The notes under the pieces were generated by a model. It made no database searches, was not told where the DNA came from, and saw only the letters and a program-made list of their open reading frames with translations. Of a stretch of DNA of 64,000 bases, positions 24,404 to 36,091 are shown piece after piece (position 1 is the stretch's first letter; each line of letters starts with the position of its first letter). This DNA comes from an uncultured Chthoniobacterales bacterium. Its GTDB lineage: Bacteria > Verrucomicrobiota > Verrucomicrobiia > Chthoniobacterales > CALDSX01. The stretch lies in contig CAZZCL010000004.1 in the NCBI GenBank assembly GCA_964652295.1, forward strand, positions 75 through 64,074, in the 5' to 3' direction. A program made the translations under genes and the position numbers.

Positions 24404-25720
24404 ATGAACGATCACGCCACCCTGAAAACTCGCCGCGAATTTCTGCGCACATCCGCCCTCGGGGCGGGATTGTCGTGGACCCTGCCGCTCTTTCTTGAGC
24501 GCACGTTTTCCACATTGCACACCATGGCTGCCGGTGCCCTTGTGCAAACGCCGACTGGAAGGGATGCGCCCATCCTCGTCGTACTCCAGCTTGCCGGCGG
24601 CAACGACGGTTTGAACGCCGTTGTGCCCTACGCTGACGACATGTATTATCAGGCGCGCCCGACGCTTGCCATCCCAAAAGGCGAGGTTCTCCCACTCGAT
24701 GCCTATTCCGGTTTTAACAAACGGCTCGCCCCTTTCAAGGCGTTGTATGACGACGGCTTGCTCGCCATCGTGCAGGGCGTCGGTTATCCCAATCCCAACC
24801 GGTCGCATTTCCGGTCCACCGAAATCTGGCAGACTGCGGTGGATGCAGATCGGACAGCGGCCACCGGCTGGTTGGGGCGTTATTTCGACAATTGCTGCAG
24901 TGGAGCAGATCCTTCTGTCGGCGTCAGCATTGGCGCTGAGGCGCCACAGGCGTTTTCCGCCGCCGATCCTACAGGCGTAAGCTTTTCGAATCCGGAAAGT
25001 TATCATTACAAGGGCGAGCGCATGACTGGCGCCGGGGAACTATTTGCAGGGCTGAACGCTCCGGACGGGGATGACGGCGCAGATATGAGCGGGGCCACGA
25101 TCGGTTCAGTCGGTGCCGCGCGTCCGGGAGGCAACCCCCTGGATTTTCTGCAGCGCACCGCTTTGGATGCGCGCGTGAGTTCGGATCGCATCCGGCAGAT
25201 CGCGTCGGAACAAAAAATTGCGGGAGAGTTTCCCCGCAGTCGTCTTGGCGATTCCCTGCGAGTTGTTGCCCAGCTGATTGCCGGGGGGCTTGAAACGCGG
25301 GTGTATTATGTCAGCCAGGGCGGGTACGACACGCACAACCAGCAGGCCGCTTCGCATCCGCGGTTGCTTGAAGAACTGGGTGGCGCAGTCGAGGCGTTCA
25401 TGAATGAGATAAAGAGCCAGGGCAATCTCGACCGCGTCACGCTGATGACGTTCAGCGAATTCGGGCGGCGTGTTGCCGAGAACGGCTCCAAAGGCACCGA
25501 TCACGGTGCCGCAGCCCCGCTGTTCATTGCGGGTGCCGCTGTCCGTCCGGGGCTCTATGGACGGCATCCAAGCCTCACCGCGCTCGATAAGGGCGATCTC
25601 GTCCACACAGTCGATTTTCGCCGCGTCTACGCAACGATCCTGAAGGACTGGCTTGGTGCACCTCCGGCCGCTGTGCTCGGGCGCGAGTTTCCCACGCTGG
25701 ATTTCATCCTGCCCGCGTGA
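24404..25720 (+). CDS. DUF1501-domain protein (sulfatase-like fold), Tat-exported
   Basis: Twin-arginine signal TRREFLRTSALGAG. Motifs GGYDTHNQQ and GTDHGAAAP. Confidence 0.75.
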   Translation: MNDHATLKTRREFLRTSALGAGLSWTLPLFLERTFSTLHTMAAGALVQTPTGRDAPILVVLQLAGGNDGLNAVVPYADDMYYQARPTLAIPKGEVLPLDAYSGFNKRLAPFKALYDDGLLAIVQGVGYPNPNRSHFRSTEIWQTAVDADRTAATGWLGRYFDNCCSGADPSVGVSIGAEAPQAFSAADPTGVSFSNPESYHYKGERMTGAGELFAGLNAPDGDDGADMSGATIGSVGAARPGGNPLDFLQRTALDARVSSDRIRQIASEQKIAGEFPRSRLGDSLRVVAQLIAGGLETRVYYVSQGGYDTHNQQAASHPRLLEELGGAVEAFMNEIKSQGNLDRVTLMTFSEFGRRVAENGSKGTDHGAAAPLFIAGAAVRPGLYGRHPSLTALDKGDLVHTVDFRRVYATILKDWLGAPPAAVLGREFPTLDFILPA

Positions 25721-25805
25721 CACGCCCCCCGTCGGCGCTTGCAGCGCAAATTTTGAGCGGCTTTCGGCAACTTTTGCGTAGCGCAAGCGGGTGCGGCATG
25801 AAATC

Positions 25806-27299
25806 ATGCCTCGAGTGAGCAGCGCCCCTGTCATCTTCAACAACACGGTCCTGCGGGACGGCCATCAATCGCTGGCCGCCACGCGCATGACTACCGGGCA
25901 AATGCTCGCTGCGGCGCCCATCCTGGATGAAATGGGCCACGGCATGCTTGAGACTTGGGGTGGTGCCACAATCGATACATGCCTCCGGTTCCTTGGCGAG
26001 AACCCGTTCGAACGCATCACCGCCCTAAAGAAGCTTGCACCGAAGACGCCTCACAGCCTTTTGTTACGCGGGCAGAATATTGTCCAGTACATGGCTTTTC
26101 CGGACGATGTGGTTGAAGCGTTTGTGCGGGCCACTGCCAAACGCGGCATGGATATTTTCCGCATCTTCGACGCGCTGAACGATCTTAGGAACGTGGAAAC
26201 CGCCGTGCGGACAGTTCACGAGTGCGGAAAGCATGCGCAGGGTGCCATCAGCTACACCATCAGCCCTGTGCATACCATCGACACCTTTGTCGATCTCGGA
26301 GTGCGGTTTGAGGAGATGGGGTGCGACTCTGTGTGCATCAAGGATATGGCCGGTCTCATCAGCCCCCCTGCTGCCGGGGAACTGGTGCGTCGCCTGAAGC
26401 AACGGCTAAAGGTGCCGGTCGTCCTGCACAGCCACAGCACGGCCGGGCTCGCGCCGTCGTCTTACCTTGCGGCGGTCGAGGCGGGGGTTGATGCCCTGGA
26501 CGTCTCCATCAATCCATTTTCCAACGGGTCGGGCCAGCCGGATATTCTGCTCATGCACACGATGCTTGAAGGCAACCCGCGTTGTCCCGCCATCGACAGG
26601 GGTCGGATCGGCGAGTTACGCAAACATTTTGCCGACGTCTACAAGGAGTTGGCTGCATTCACCAACCCCGCCAATGAACGCGTGGATGTGGATATCCTCA
26701 CCTATCAGGTGCCCGGCGGTATGCTCAGCAATTTCATTAACCAACTCAAAGAGCAGGGCATGGGGGATCGTTTTCAGGAGGTCGTTAATGAAATGCCTGT
26801 CGTGCGGGAATGTCTCGGGTGGATTCCGTTGGTTACACCCACCTCCCAGATCGTCGGCACGCAGGCCATGCTCAACGTCAAGTTCGGCCGCTGGAAAAAC
26901 GTCGCGCAGCCCACGATGGATGTTGTTCTTGGCAAATACGGTCACACTCCCGGACCCATCGATCCGGATCTTCTGAAGATGGTTGTCGATAAATCCGGGC
27001 AAAAGCCTGTCGAAGGGCGCCCCGCAGATATCCTCGAGCCGGGCATGCCGAAACTGCGCGAAGAATTGGCCAAAAAGAATTTGCCGACAGATGACGAGGT
27101 TGCGGTGTTGTACGCCATGTTTCCGAGGCAGGTCGAAGATCTGCTTGCGGGCAAAAAGCCCGCTGCGCCGCCTGCTTCGAAAGCCGCTGCGCCCGATGCG
27201 GTTGCTTCAGACGTCGCGGTGGCTGAAACCCGCCATTTTGCTTTGACCATAAACGGCGCCCGACACCAGGTGAAAGTCGAGGAACTTGCTGTCAACTGA
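25806..27299 (+). CDS. Carboxyltransferase subunit (oxaloacetate decarboxylase alpha / transcarboxylase 5S-like) lacking a biotinyl domain
   Basis: Motifs NNTVLRDGHQSL and CIKDMAGL (carbamylated-Lys motif). The protein ends after HFALTINGARHQVKVEEL, and there is no AMKM biotinylation motif. I prefer ATG 25806 over GTG 25791. Confidence 0.75.
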   Translation: MPRVSSAPVIFNNTVLRDGHQSLAATRMTTGQMLAAAPILDEMGHGMLETWGGATIDTCLRFLGENPFERITALKKLAPKTPHSLLLRGQNIVQYMAFPDDVVEAFVRATAKRGMDIFRIFDALNDLRNVETAVRTVHECGKHAQGAISYTISPVHTIDTFVDLGVRFEEMGCDSVCIKDMAGLISPPAAGELVRRLKQRLKVPVVLHSHSTAGLAPSSYLAAVEAGVDALDVSINPFSNGSGQPDILLMHTMLEGNPRCPAIDRGRIGELRKHFADVYKELAAFTNPANERVDVDILTYQVPGGMLSNFINQLKEQGMGDRFQEVVNEMPVVRECLGWIPLVTPTSQIVGTQAMLNVKFGRWKNVAQPTMDVVLGKYGHTPGPIDPDLLKMVVDKSGQKPVEGRPADILEPGMPKLREELAKKNLPTDDEVAVLYAMFPRQVEDLLAGKKPAAPPASKAAAPDAVASDVAVAETRHFALTINGARHQVKVEELAVN

Positions 27300-27424
27300 C
27301 CCGTTCGAACTTTTTCAATCCATGGTAATTTCCAATCGCACCTATCGACGCCGGGATCGTAAATGACAGTGGTGTGCTCAGCAGTGCCGGCCCGGTAGGT
27401 GCGACCTTTTCCCCGCCCGATGAA

Positions 27425-27468
27425 GCGTCGCGGTCGCAGGTTGTAAGAGCGACCGCGGCGCTTTTTTT
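27425..27468 (+). terminator. Strong rho-independent terminator
   Basis: A 13-bp stem (27425-27437 pairs with 27449-27461, including one G-U), an 11-nt loop, then T7 (27462-27468). Confidence 0.8.
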
Positions 27469-27632
27469 GTTGAGCGCGCCCTGCCGCGAGCCGCGTAGAG
27501 TCAATGCGGCCACGGCGTGCTGGCGAGGCTGATTTTCCTCTTGATGCGGCGTACGCGAAGCCGGGGATTTCGTGCCAAAACCAATAACTGCTTTGATCAG
27601 GCGCGGATTATCGCCTTCATTGGACATTGGGC

Positions 27633-28823
27633 ATGCGACGGGCAGTCGAGAAACTCGAACAATTTGCTGTGGACGTCATTTTGGAGCGCCGTTTTGGACG
27701 GCGCGCCGCCGTCCTTCGCTGGGTTCTGCAAGGGTTAAGCAGCTTGTATCTGGCTGCCGTGAATGTCCGGCTCTGGATGTACGCACGTCGGTTGAACAGG
27801 CAGCACGCACTTGGATGCATGGTCATCAGCATCGGCAACCTGACGGTTGGTGGCACCGGTAAGACTCCGGTGGTCGAGATGTTTGCGCGGGCCTTGCAGG
27901 CTGGGGGGCGTCGTGTTGCAATTCTCAGTCGGGGCTATAAAAGCAAGCAGCCACCGCTGCTGCGGCGGCTGGCACTTGCTCTGAGCGGATCCCGCAGTGC
28001 CGATCCACCACGGGTTGTCTCCGATGGCACATCCATATTGTTGGACTCGCGCCACGCGGGCGACGAACCGTTCATGCTGGCGCGCAACCTTCATGACGTT
28101 GCGGTTCTTGTGGATAAAAACCGCGCCAAAAGCGGTTCGTACGCCATCCGCAAATTTGGGGCGGACATTCTTCTGCTCGACGACGGCTTGCAACATCTCA
28201 AACTCCGGCATCGTCTCGATGTGGTTCTCATTGATCGGACCGCCCCGTTCGGCAACGGCCACCTCCTTCCGCGCGGCACACTGCGCGAGCCGCCGCAAAG
28301 CCTGCGACGGGCCAACTATATTTTTATCACGAAATGCAACGGGGAGAATCTTGCTCCCCTGATCGAACGCATCCGCCGACACAATCGCGTCGCGGAGATT
28401 GTGCAATGCGCACACGCCCCGGTGCATCTGCGCGATGTCTGGAGTGGGCAGATCGAACCGTTGCAATGGCTGAAGGAACGTCGCATCGGTGCCGTATCCG
28501 CCATCGCGCGCCCCGAAAGCTTCGAGGAGGGTCTTCTGGCTCTTGGGGCCAAAATTGAACTCAGCCGGACGTTTGAAGATCATCATCGGTTCAGTGAACG
28601 GGAAATCCGCGCTTTTTTCGACCGCTGCCTGCGGCGGGGGCTCGACGCGGTTGTGACCACCGAGAAAGACGCTGTGCGATTCCCGCGCATGCGGGACGCG
28701 GGGCTGCCCGTTCTGTTTTTGCGCGTGCAGATTGAGATTCTCGACGGGGGCGACATCTGGGAGCGTTGTATTCAGCGGATCTGCAACCCGCCTGCGCCGC
28801 GGTACGAAAAGCTGTTTCATTAA
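27633..28823 (+). CDS. lpxK: Tetraacyldisaccharide 4'-kinase
   Basis: Motifs [16 protein letters not shown] and [10 protein letters not shown] prefer ATG 27633; the track start 27627 is TTG. Confidence 0.85.
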   Translation: MRRAVEKLEQFAVDVILERRFGRRAAVLRWVLQGLSSLYLAAVNVRLWMYARRLNRQHALGCMVISIGNLTVGGTGKTPVVEMFARALQAGGRRVAILSRGYKSKQPPLLRRLALALSGSRSADPPRVVSDGTSILLDSRHAGDEPFMLARNLHDVAVLVDKNRAKSGSYAIRKFGADILLLDDGLQHLKLRHRLDVVLIDRTAPFGNGHLLPRGTLREPPQSLRRANYIFITKCNGENLAPLIERIRRHNRVAEIVQCAHAPVHLRDVWSGQIEPLQWLKERRIGAVSAIARPESFEEGLLALGAKIELSRTFEDHHRFSEREIRAFFDRCLRRGLDAVVTTEKDAVRFPRMRDAGLPVLFLRVQIEILDGGDIWERCIQRICNPPAPRYEKLFH

Positions 28824-28853
28824 CGCCCGTTGTCCTCCCGCATGGCGCCCTGA

Positions 28854-30068
<1,215 letters not shown>

Positions 30069-30167
30069 TCCACAGCCGGAAGATCCGGGGCGGAGCGACG
30101 ACCGGAAAAGCCGGCACGTTTTCCTGAGTGTTGAACCCTCCTGCGGCAGACCGGCGCTTTCTCTACC

Positions 30168-31412
30168 ATGGCCAAGCTTGCTCTCAACGACCTCGATTTG
30201 AACGGTCGGCGCGTCATTATTCGCGTCGATTTTAATGTGCCTCTGGATAAACGAACGGGCGCGATCACTAACACCCAGCGTATTGAAGCCGCGCTGCCTT
30301 CAATCCGGCATGTTCTGGATAACGGCGCGTCGGTCGTGTTGATGAGTCACCTTGGCCGACCCAACGGCCGTGTTGTGCCAGCGGAATCGCTCAAGCCGGT
30401 TTCAGTCAAACTCGCCGAACTGCTGGGACGACCCGTGCAATTCCTCAATGATTGCGCCGGGCCCGAGGTGGAGGCGGCGTGTGCCGCCCTTCATCCCGGA
30501 GCGATAATCCTCCTCGAGAATCTGCGCTTTCATCCTGAGGAAGAGGGCAAGGTGAAGAACGAGGATGGCACAAGTACCAAAGCCGATCCGGCCGCTGTTG
30601 AAGCGTTCCGGGCCAGCCTGACAAAGCTTGGAGATGTGTATGTCAACGATGCATTCGGCACCGCGCATCGTGCGCATTCTTCCGTCGTCGGAGTCGATCT
30701 GCCGCAGCGTGCTGCGGGCTTTCTGATGCAGAAGGAATTGGAGGCTTTCGCCGCGGTCATCGAATCGCCGAAGCGCCCCCTGCTTGCGATCCTTGGCGGG
30801 GCCAAGATTGCGGACAAAATTCCGCTCATTGAAAATCTCATCGAAAAAGCCGACGAAATTATCGTGGCCGGCGGGATGGCGTACACATTCAAAAAGGTGC
30901 TCGACGGCATGCCCATTGGAGAGAGTTTGTATGATGAAAAAGGGGCTGCAACCATCCCTGCAATGATTGCAAAAGCCGCAGCGCGCGGTGTTGCCATTCA
31001 TTTGCCGGTGGATTTCGTCATTGCAGACAGATTCGACGCCGAGGCTGAACAAAAGATCGCCGAGGTGGCGGTGGGCATCCCCGATGGATGGATGGGACTG
31101 GATATCGGACCGAAAACACGTGAGGCTTTCTCCGAAACGATCGGTCGCGCTGCCACCATCGTCTGGAATGGGCCTCCCGGCGTGTTTGAATTCGAGCGTT
31201 TCGCTGGGGGGAGCAAAGCCATGGCTGAAGCCATCGCAGCGGCCACGACGCGTGGGGCTATAACGGTTGTCGGCGGGGGAGATACCGCTACAGCGGCGAA
31301 GAAATTCGGTGCGGTGGGGAAGGTCACCCATTGTTCGACTGGCGGTGGCGCATCGCTGGAATTGCTTGAGGGTAAGGAATTGCCTGGTGTCGCAGCGTTG
31401 AGCGACAAGTAA
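30168..31412 (+). CDS. pgk: Phosphoglycerate kinase
   Basis: [16 protein letters not shown] and the typical C-terminal GGGDTA / STGGGASLE motifs. Confidence 0.95.
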   Translation: MAKLALNDLDLNGRRVIIRVDFNVPLDKRTGAITNTQRIEAALPSIRHVLDNGASVVLMSHLGRPNGRVVPAESLKPVSVKLAELLGRPVQFLNDCAGPEVEAACAALHPGAIILLENLRFHPEEEGKVKNEDGTSTKADPAAVEAFRASLTKLGDVYVNDAFGTAHRAHSSVVGVDLPQRAAGFLMQKELEAFAAVIESPKRPLLAILGGAKIADKIPLIENLIEKADEIIVAGGMAYTFKKVLDGMPIGESLYDEKGAATIPAMIAKAAARGVAIHLPVDFVIADRFDAEAEQKIAEVAVGIPDGWMGLDIGPKTREAFSETIGRAATIVWNGPPGVFEFERFAGGSKAMAEAIAAATTRGAITVVGGGDTATAAKKFGAVGKVTHCSTGGGASLELLEGKELPGVAALSDK

Positions 31413-31597
31413 TCCCCAGGCCCGTGCCGAACCGGACCGACATTGGCGGCCTGTCAGGGTAAGACCAGCCTCCGCCTCAGGATTGGAGTGAGCGGATGGA
31501 GCTAACCGGTTTGTTGGCTGAGGATGCCCTTATCTTCATCAGGTCTGGTATGGCGAAGACGCCTGTACGAGTGCCAGGGGTTTGTTGTGGAATATGT

Positions 31598-32308
31598 TCA
31601 GCCGACAGGGAGCGGAGGGCAGCCCGTGCCGACAAGGATGTTGACGGCGTGTTGCAACGCTGGCGGAGGCCATTGTCCGTCCACCTGTGGCTTGTCGATA
31701 TAGCCATAGTTCAGGATGGAACCGCAGGCGGCGGCGACGGGACGCGACAGTGTGCCGAACGGTCCCATGCCCATGACCGCCACGGGCAGCGGCGGATTAT
31801 TGAGCAGCGCAAGCAAGCGGGCGATGTCGCCGGGGTTGGCGGTGTAAGTAGCAATCTTAGCGGCTTGCGCCCCGGAACCGGCCATGCGCCGGAGGATGTC
31901 GGACAGACGTTTCGAGGATGGGGTGCCGTGAAAATCGTGGAAGGAAATGACGACGGCTTTTCTGCGCGTGTGTGCGGCATGGATGGCCCGGGCCATGACG
32001 GTGGCGTTGGCGAGTTCGACATCGATGGCGTCGGCAACGGGGAGTGCGGCGAGAAGGCGCTTCAGACGGGCTGCCGCATTCAGGCCGGGGCGCCCCCCTT
32101 CTCCGGGGTCGCGCGCAGTGCAAAGCAACGGAGTGCGCAGGGCCGCGAGCCGCCGCAGCGCCGCAAGCGGCAGTGGAAATGGGAGTAGGTCAAGACGCAA
32201 CTCGAACCAGTCGGTTTTCCGGCTTAAGGCGGGTGCAATGTGCAAACCGCGGAGGGTGTGCACGGTGGCAATAATGGCCCCGGATCGAAAATGGGCTTGG
32301 TTTTTCAT
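31598..32308 (-). CDS. aroD: 3-dehydroquinate dehydratase, type I
   Basis: ELRLDLL, SFHDFHGTP, Schiff-base Lys in AAKIAT, and MGMGPFGTLSR. Confidence 0.8.
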   Translation of the reverse strand: MKNQAHFRSGAIIATVHTLRGLHIAPALSRKTDWFELRLDLLPFPLPLAALRRLAALRTPLLCTARDPGEGGRPGLNAAARLKRLLAALPVADAIDVELANATVMARAIHAAHTRRKAVVISFHDFHGTPSSKRLSDILRRMAGSGAQAAKIATYTANPGDIARLLALLNNPPLPVAVMGMGPFGTLSRPVAAACGSILNYGYIDKPQVDGQWPPPALQHAVNILVGTGCPPLPVG

Positions 32309-32361
32309 TCTGAAACAGTGGCGTGGTCGTGCAGGGTCTATAGGATGACCTTCTCCATGCC

Positions 32362-33753
32362 ATGATCCCGCGTCGCAACGAAATCAATCTGCAGCTCCAG
32401 CAAATCGCGGATGTCGCGATTCTTGCGGTGGCACTCTGGATTGCGCACGAATTTCGCTGGCGTGGCACGGTTTGGTTCAATCTTGAGCGTGGCGTTCCTC
32501 CGTTTGGCGCATACGCATGGACGTTGATCGCGCTGTTGCCTTTTGCGCCGTTGATTCTCGACTGGCAGGGCTATTACCAATCTCCCCTCGGCAAGACATG
32601 GTTCAGAGCGCTGGGGCAGGTCGTGCGTTCGCTGCTGCTGCTGGGTGGACTCGTGGCGGTGTGCGTGATTTTTCTTCGGCTCAGCCCGCCTCCAAGAACT
32701 GTGTTGCTTGTGTTTGCCGCGCTGGCAGCGGGACTCCTCGTGGTTAAGGATCGGCTGACGGCCTTGTGGCTCAAGCGTCGCGCGCAGGCTCAGGGGCTGA
32801 AGGAACGCGTGCTGCTCGCGGGATCGCCGCAGGATATGGACGCGTTTCTGGAGTCCGCGCCACGGGATCAGTCGATGATGTGGGAAATCGCAGGGCGCAT
32901 CGACATTGAGCGGCAGCCTGTGAGCGAACTCGTGGATGCGCTTCATTCGCACAATGTTTCACTCGTAATTTTTGCAGCGGGCCACACCCAGCTCAAAACG
33001 GTGGAGGCGGCGGTCAACGCGTGCGAGGTCGAAGGGGTGGAGGCATGGTTGCTTGCGGATTTTATCAAGACCTCCATTGCCCGTCCGACAATCGATTCGT
33101 TCGGGGGGCGGCTGATGATCGCGTTTCGGTCGACGCCTGACCTGTCGTGGTCGCTTTTGATCAAGGAGATCATGGACCGCGTTGGTGGCGCGATATTGCT
33201 GTTGGCGGCATCGCCCCTGCTGGTGTTGGCAGCCGTCGGCATTAAACTCACATCGCCGGGACCGATTCTCTTTAAGCAGATGCGCAGCGGACGCCATGGC
33301 CGACCGTTTTTGATGTATAAATTTCGGACCATGACCAGCGATGCGGAGATGCGTAAAGCCGAGTTGGAGCAGATGAACCAAATGAGCGGTCCGGTGTTCA
33401 AGATCGAGAACGACCCGCGCATCACGCCGTTTGGCGCATGGCTGCGCCGAACCAGTATCGATGAGTTGCCTCAGCTCTGGAACGTGCTTACCGGTGAGAT
33501 GAGCCTTGTGGGTCCGCGCCCCCTGCCGATTTACGAGACGGAGAAATTTGAAGACATGGCGCATCGCCGCCGGCTGAGCATGAAGCCCGGGCTTACCTGC
33601 CTGTGGCAGGTGGGCGGGCGCAACCGGGTGCGGGACTTCCAGGATTGGGTGAAGCTGGACCTTGAATATATCGATAACTGGTCATTATGGCTGGATCTAA
33701 GGATCCTTTTGAAAACCGTTCCAGCCGTGCTGCTGGGTTTTGGCGCGCGATGA
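32362..33753 (+). CDS. Polyprenyl-phosphate sugar phosphotransferase (WbaP/bacterial sugar transferase family)
   Basis: N-terminal TM bundle plus the C-terminal catalytic domain ILFKQMRSGRHGRPFLMYKFRTM...GPVFKIENDPRITPFGAWLRRTSIDELPQLWNVLTGEMSLVGPRP. Confidence 0.85.
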   Translation: MIPRRNEINLQLQQIADVAILAVALWIAHEFRWRGTVWFNLERGVPPFGAYAWTLIALLPFAPLILDWQGYYQSPLGKTWFRALGQVVRSLLLLGGLVAVCVIFLRLSPPPRTVLLVFAALAAGLLVVKDRLTALWLKRRAQAQGLKERVLLAGSPQDMDAFLESAPRDQSMMWEIAGRIDIERQPVSELVDALHSHNVSLVIFAAGHTQLKTVEAAVNACEVEGVEAWLLADFIKTSIARPTIDSFGGRLMIAFRSTPDLSWSLLIKEIMDRVGGAILLLAASPLLVLAAVGIKLTSPGPILFKQMRSGRHGRPFLMYKFRTMTSDAEMRKAELEQMNQMSGPVFKIENDPRITPFGAWLRRTSIDELPQLWNVLTGEMSLVGPRPLPIYETEKFEDMAHRRRLSMKPGLTCLWQVGGRNRVRDFQDWVKLDLEYIDNWSLWLDLRILLKTVPAVLLGFGAR

Positions 33754-34499
33754 GCAGTTCGATGGCCAAACGCCGCCTCGATATCGTGCTGGCGGAACGC
33801 GGATTCTTTGAAAGCCGCGAGAAGGCGCAGCGGGCGGTTCTCGCGGGCCGGGTTCGTGTGGGGGGCGAACCCGCGGACAAGCCGGGTACTAAGACGGCAG
33901 CCGATGCGCCGATCGAAGTGCTTGCGCCGGAGCGATACGTTGGACGGGGCGGTTACAAGTTGGAAGCGGCGCTGGATGCCTTTGGCGTCGATCCGCGCGA
34001 GAGAATCTGTCTGGATGCCGGCGCTTCGACCGGTGGGTTCACCGACTGTCTGTTGCAGCGCGGAGCGCGTCTTGTGCATGCCGTCGACGTCGGACACGGC
34101 CAGCTCGCATGGAAGCTTCGGGAGGATGCCCGCGTGCATGTCCGCGAGAAGTTCAACCTGCGCCATCTGCAGGCCGGGGATCTTGAGCCGCCGCCGGAGC
34201 TGGCTGTCATAGACGTGTCCTTCATTTCCCTTGAGCTTGTACTGCCGCCCGTCGCCGCAGCGTTGTGCGGGTTGCGGCGCGAGATTGTTGCACTTGTGAA
34301 GCCTCAATTTGAGCTCTCGAAGCGGGACGTGCCCCGCGGGGGAGTCGTCCGCGACGACGCCCTGCGGGAGCAGGCCCTCGAGCGCGTGCGGCGTGTGGCA
34401 GGCGAAACCCCAGGCTGCCGCTGGCTGGGATCGATCGATTCGCCGCTGGCGGGCGCAGACGGAAACCGCGAGTATCTGGCATGGATCGCATGCGAATAG
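33750..34499 (+). CDS. tlyA: TlyA-family rRNA 2'-O-methyltransferase (S4 + FtsJ domains)
   Basis: RRLDIVLAERGFFESREKAQRAVLAGRVRV and the SAM motif LDAGASTGGFTDCLL. The ATG overlaps the upstream stop (ATGA at 33750-33753). Confidence 0.8.
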   Translation: MSSSMAKRRLDIVLAERGFFESREKAQRAVLAGRVRVGGEPADKPGTKTAADAPIEVLAPERYVGRGGYKLEAALDAFGVDPRERICLDAGASTGGFTDCLLQRGARLVHAVDVGHGQLAWKLREDARVHVREKFNLRHLQAGDLEPPPELAVIDVSFISLELVLPPVAAALCGLRREIVALVKPQFELSKRDVPRGGVVRDDALREQALERVRRVAGETPGCRWLGSIDSPLAGADGNREYLAWIACE

Positions 34500-35374
34500 A
34501 CGGCCTGCGCGTGGCTTTGATTGCGCATCCGCGCAAGGAACAGAGTGGGGCTGCGGTGCGGCTGCTCGACGAGGCGTTCCGTGCACGCGGTGTGGTTCCG
34601 CGTTTGGAAACCGAGAGCGCGCGGCTGGCCGGGCTCGAAGGGTGCAGTGCGCCATTGGAGGATCTTGCGGTGGATTGTGATCTTCTCGTAGCTCTCGGAG
34701 GTGACGGCCTGATTCTGAACGTGGCAGAACGGCTGAAGGATCTGGCGTTGCCAGTGTTTGGATTGAACCTTGGCGCGCTCGGATTTTTAACGTGCTTGCA
34801 CTGGTCCGAATATCGGGAGGCGGTGGACAAGATTGTGCGCGGCGATTACACCGTGTCCGAACGCACGCGTTTGCAGGTGTGCCTGTTTCGCAATGGGGAA
34901 TGTCTGCTTGAACAGACGGCATTGAACGACGCGGTGATCAGCCGTGGTCCATCAAGCCAGCTTATAAAAATCCGGGCGTGGATCGGGAGCGGATTCCTTA
35001 CGGAATACTATGCCGATGGACTGATCATTGCCACGCCGACGGGATCGACGGCATATTCGCTCGCTGCAGGAGGCCCGATTGTGTCGCCGGACAGTGGCGC
35101 GTTTGTCATCACGCCGATCTGCCCCCACGTATTGACCAATCGCAGTGTGATTACGCCTGAATCGGTGGAACTGACATTTGAAGCGGAGGACGCAGCGATG
35201 CTTGCATGCGACGGGCGGGAGGGACTGGCGTTGCGCGATGGCGACAGAGCCATTGTCAAACGTCATATCAATCCGTTCCGTCTTGCGACCCTGCCCACAC
35301 TGACGTTCTATGAAGTGCTGAGGGCCAAGATGCGATGGGCGGGAAGTAATCTTCGTCCGGGCAGTTCGGCTTGA
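34481..35374 (+). CDS. nadK: NAD kinase
   Basis: Motifs LLVALGGDGLILN, NDAVISRG and YYADGLIIATPTGSTAYSLAAGGPIV. Confidence 0.9.
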   Translation: MDRMRIDGLRVALIAHPRKEQSGAAVRLLDEAFRARGVVPRLETESARLAGLEGCSAPLEDLAVDCDLLVALGGDGLILNVAERLKDLALPVFGLNLGALGFLTCLHWSEYREAVDKIVRGDYTVSERTRLQVCLFRNGECLLEQTALNDAVISRGPSSQLIKIRAWIGSGFLTEYYADGLIIATPTGSTAYSLAAGGPIVSPDSGAFVITPICPHVLTNRSVITPESVELTFEAEDAAMLACDGREGLALRDGDRAIVKRHINPFRLATLPTLTFYEVLRAKMRWAGSNLRPGSSA

Positions 35375-35421
35375 CGCTGTAATGCCGCCGCCGGAGTTTA
35401 AGGGATGGATTCCATTTCGTT

Positions 35422-36084
35422 GTGATTGTCCGGGGCGTCGATCTAAACTGGTACGATTTGAATCGTTTCATGCTCGAAATGCATGAAAGCGAGTTCATGC
35501 TGGAGATGCGCGCGCGGAAGGAATCGGGTGGAAGCAAAAGTTCCATGGGCCGACTGGATTGCTCGTTGCTGTATGCTGTCGTGCGTTGTCTGGCACCGCG
35601 GATCTGCGTTGAGAGCGGGGGAAACACGGGCATGTCATCCACCTTTATCCTCAAAGGCATGCAGGACGCCGGGGTTGCCGATGGCATTCTTTACAGTGTG
35701 GAATGCGCGGAGGAAATCGAACTGGGCGCTCTTATTCCGGAAGAACTTCGCATGGGATACCGCCCTGTACGCGCAACCACCCAGGACGCTCTGCGCGACG
35801 GCGCGTTGCCTGGCGCGATGGATTTCTTTCTTCACGACAGTCTTCATCGCCGGGGATTTATGCTGGCGGAATTTCGCGAGTTCTGGTCCCGGATCGCTCC
35901 GGGTGGCGTGCTGGTTTCGCATGACGTAAATCGGAACAGTGCGTTCAGCGAGTTTGTAACGGAAACCTACCGCCACACCGCGGAAGGAGTGGCCGCGGAG
36001 GAAACCGAGCATGCGTTCTGGGGGCGCACAGCAAACCTCGGATTCGCAGTCAAGAGCGCTCCCGGGTCGCGGCAAGCCGGTTAA
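35422..36084 (+). CDS. Class I SAM-dependent methyltransferase-like protein (Methyltransf_24-like); substrate unknown
   Basis: VESGGNTGMSS (motif I-like), FLHDSLH and GGVLVSHDV. GTG start. Confidence 0.5.
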   Translation: MIVRGVDLNWYDLNRFMLEMHESEFMLEMRARKESGGSKSSMGRLDCSLLYAVVRCLAPRICVESGGNTGMSSTFILKGMQDAGVADGILYSVECAEEIELGALIPEELRMGYRPVRATTQDALRDGALPGAMDFFLHDSLHRRGFMLAEFREFWSRIAPGGVLVSHDVNRNSAFSEFVTETYRHTAEGVAAEETEHAFWGRTANLGFAVKSAPGSRQAG

Positions 36085-36091
36085 GCGGGCG

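Noticed and set aside
27322-27366. 14-codon ORF (MVISNRTYRRRDRK) just after the carboxyltransferase gene
   Set aside because: It has no SD and a highly basic, non-hydrophobic sequence unlike the small decarboxylase subunits. It is too short to support without conservation data.
27331-27424. Frame reading FPIAPIDAGIVNDSGVLSSAGPVGATF..., considered as a decayed biotinyl (BCCP) domain
   Set aside because: It shows only a faint resemblance to the APMxGxV start of BCCP domains. There is no AMKM motif, and it is in a different frame from the upstream gene. It cannot be distinguished from chance by eye.
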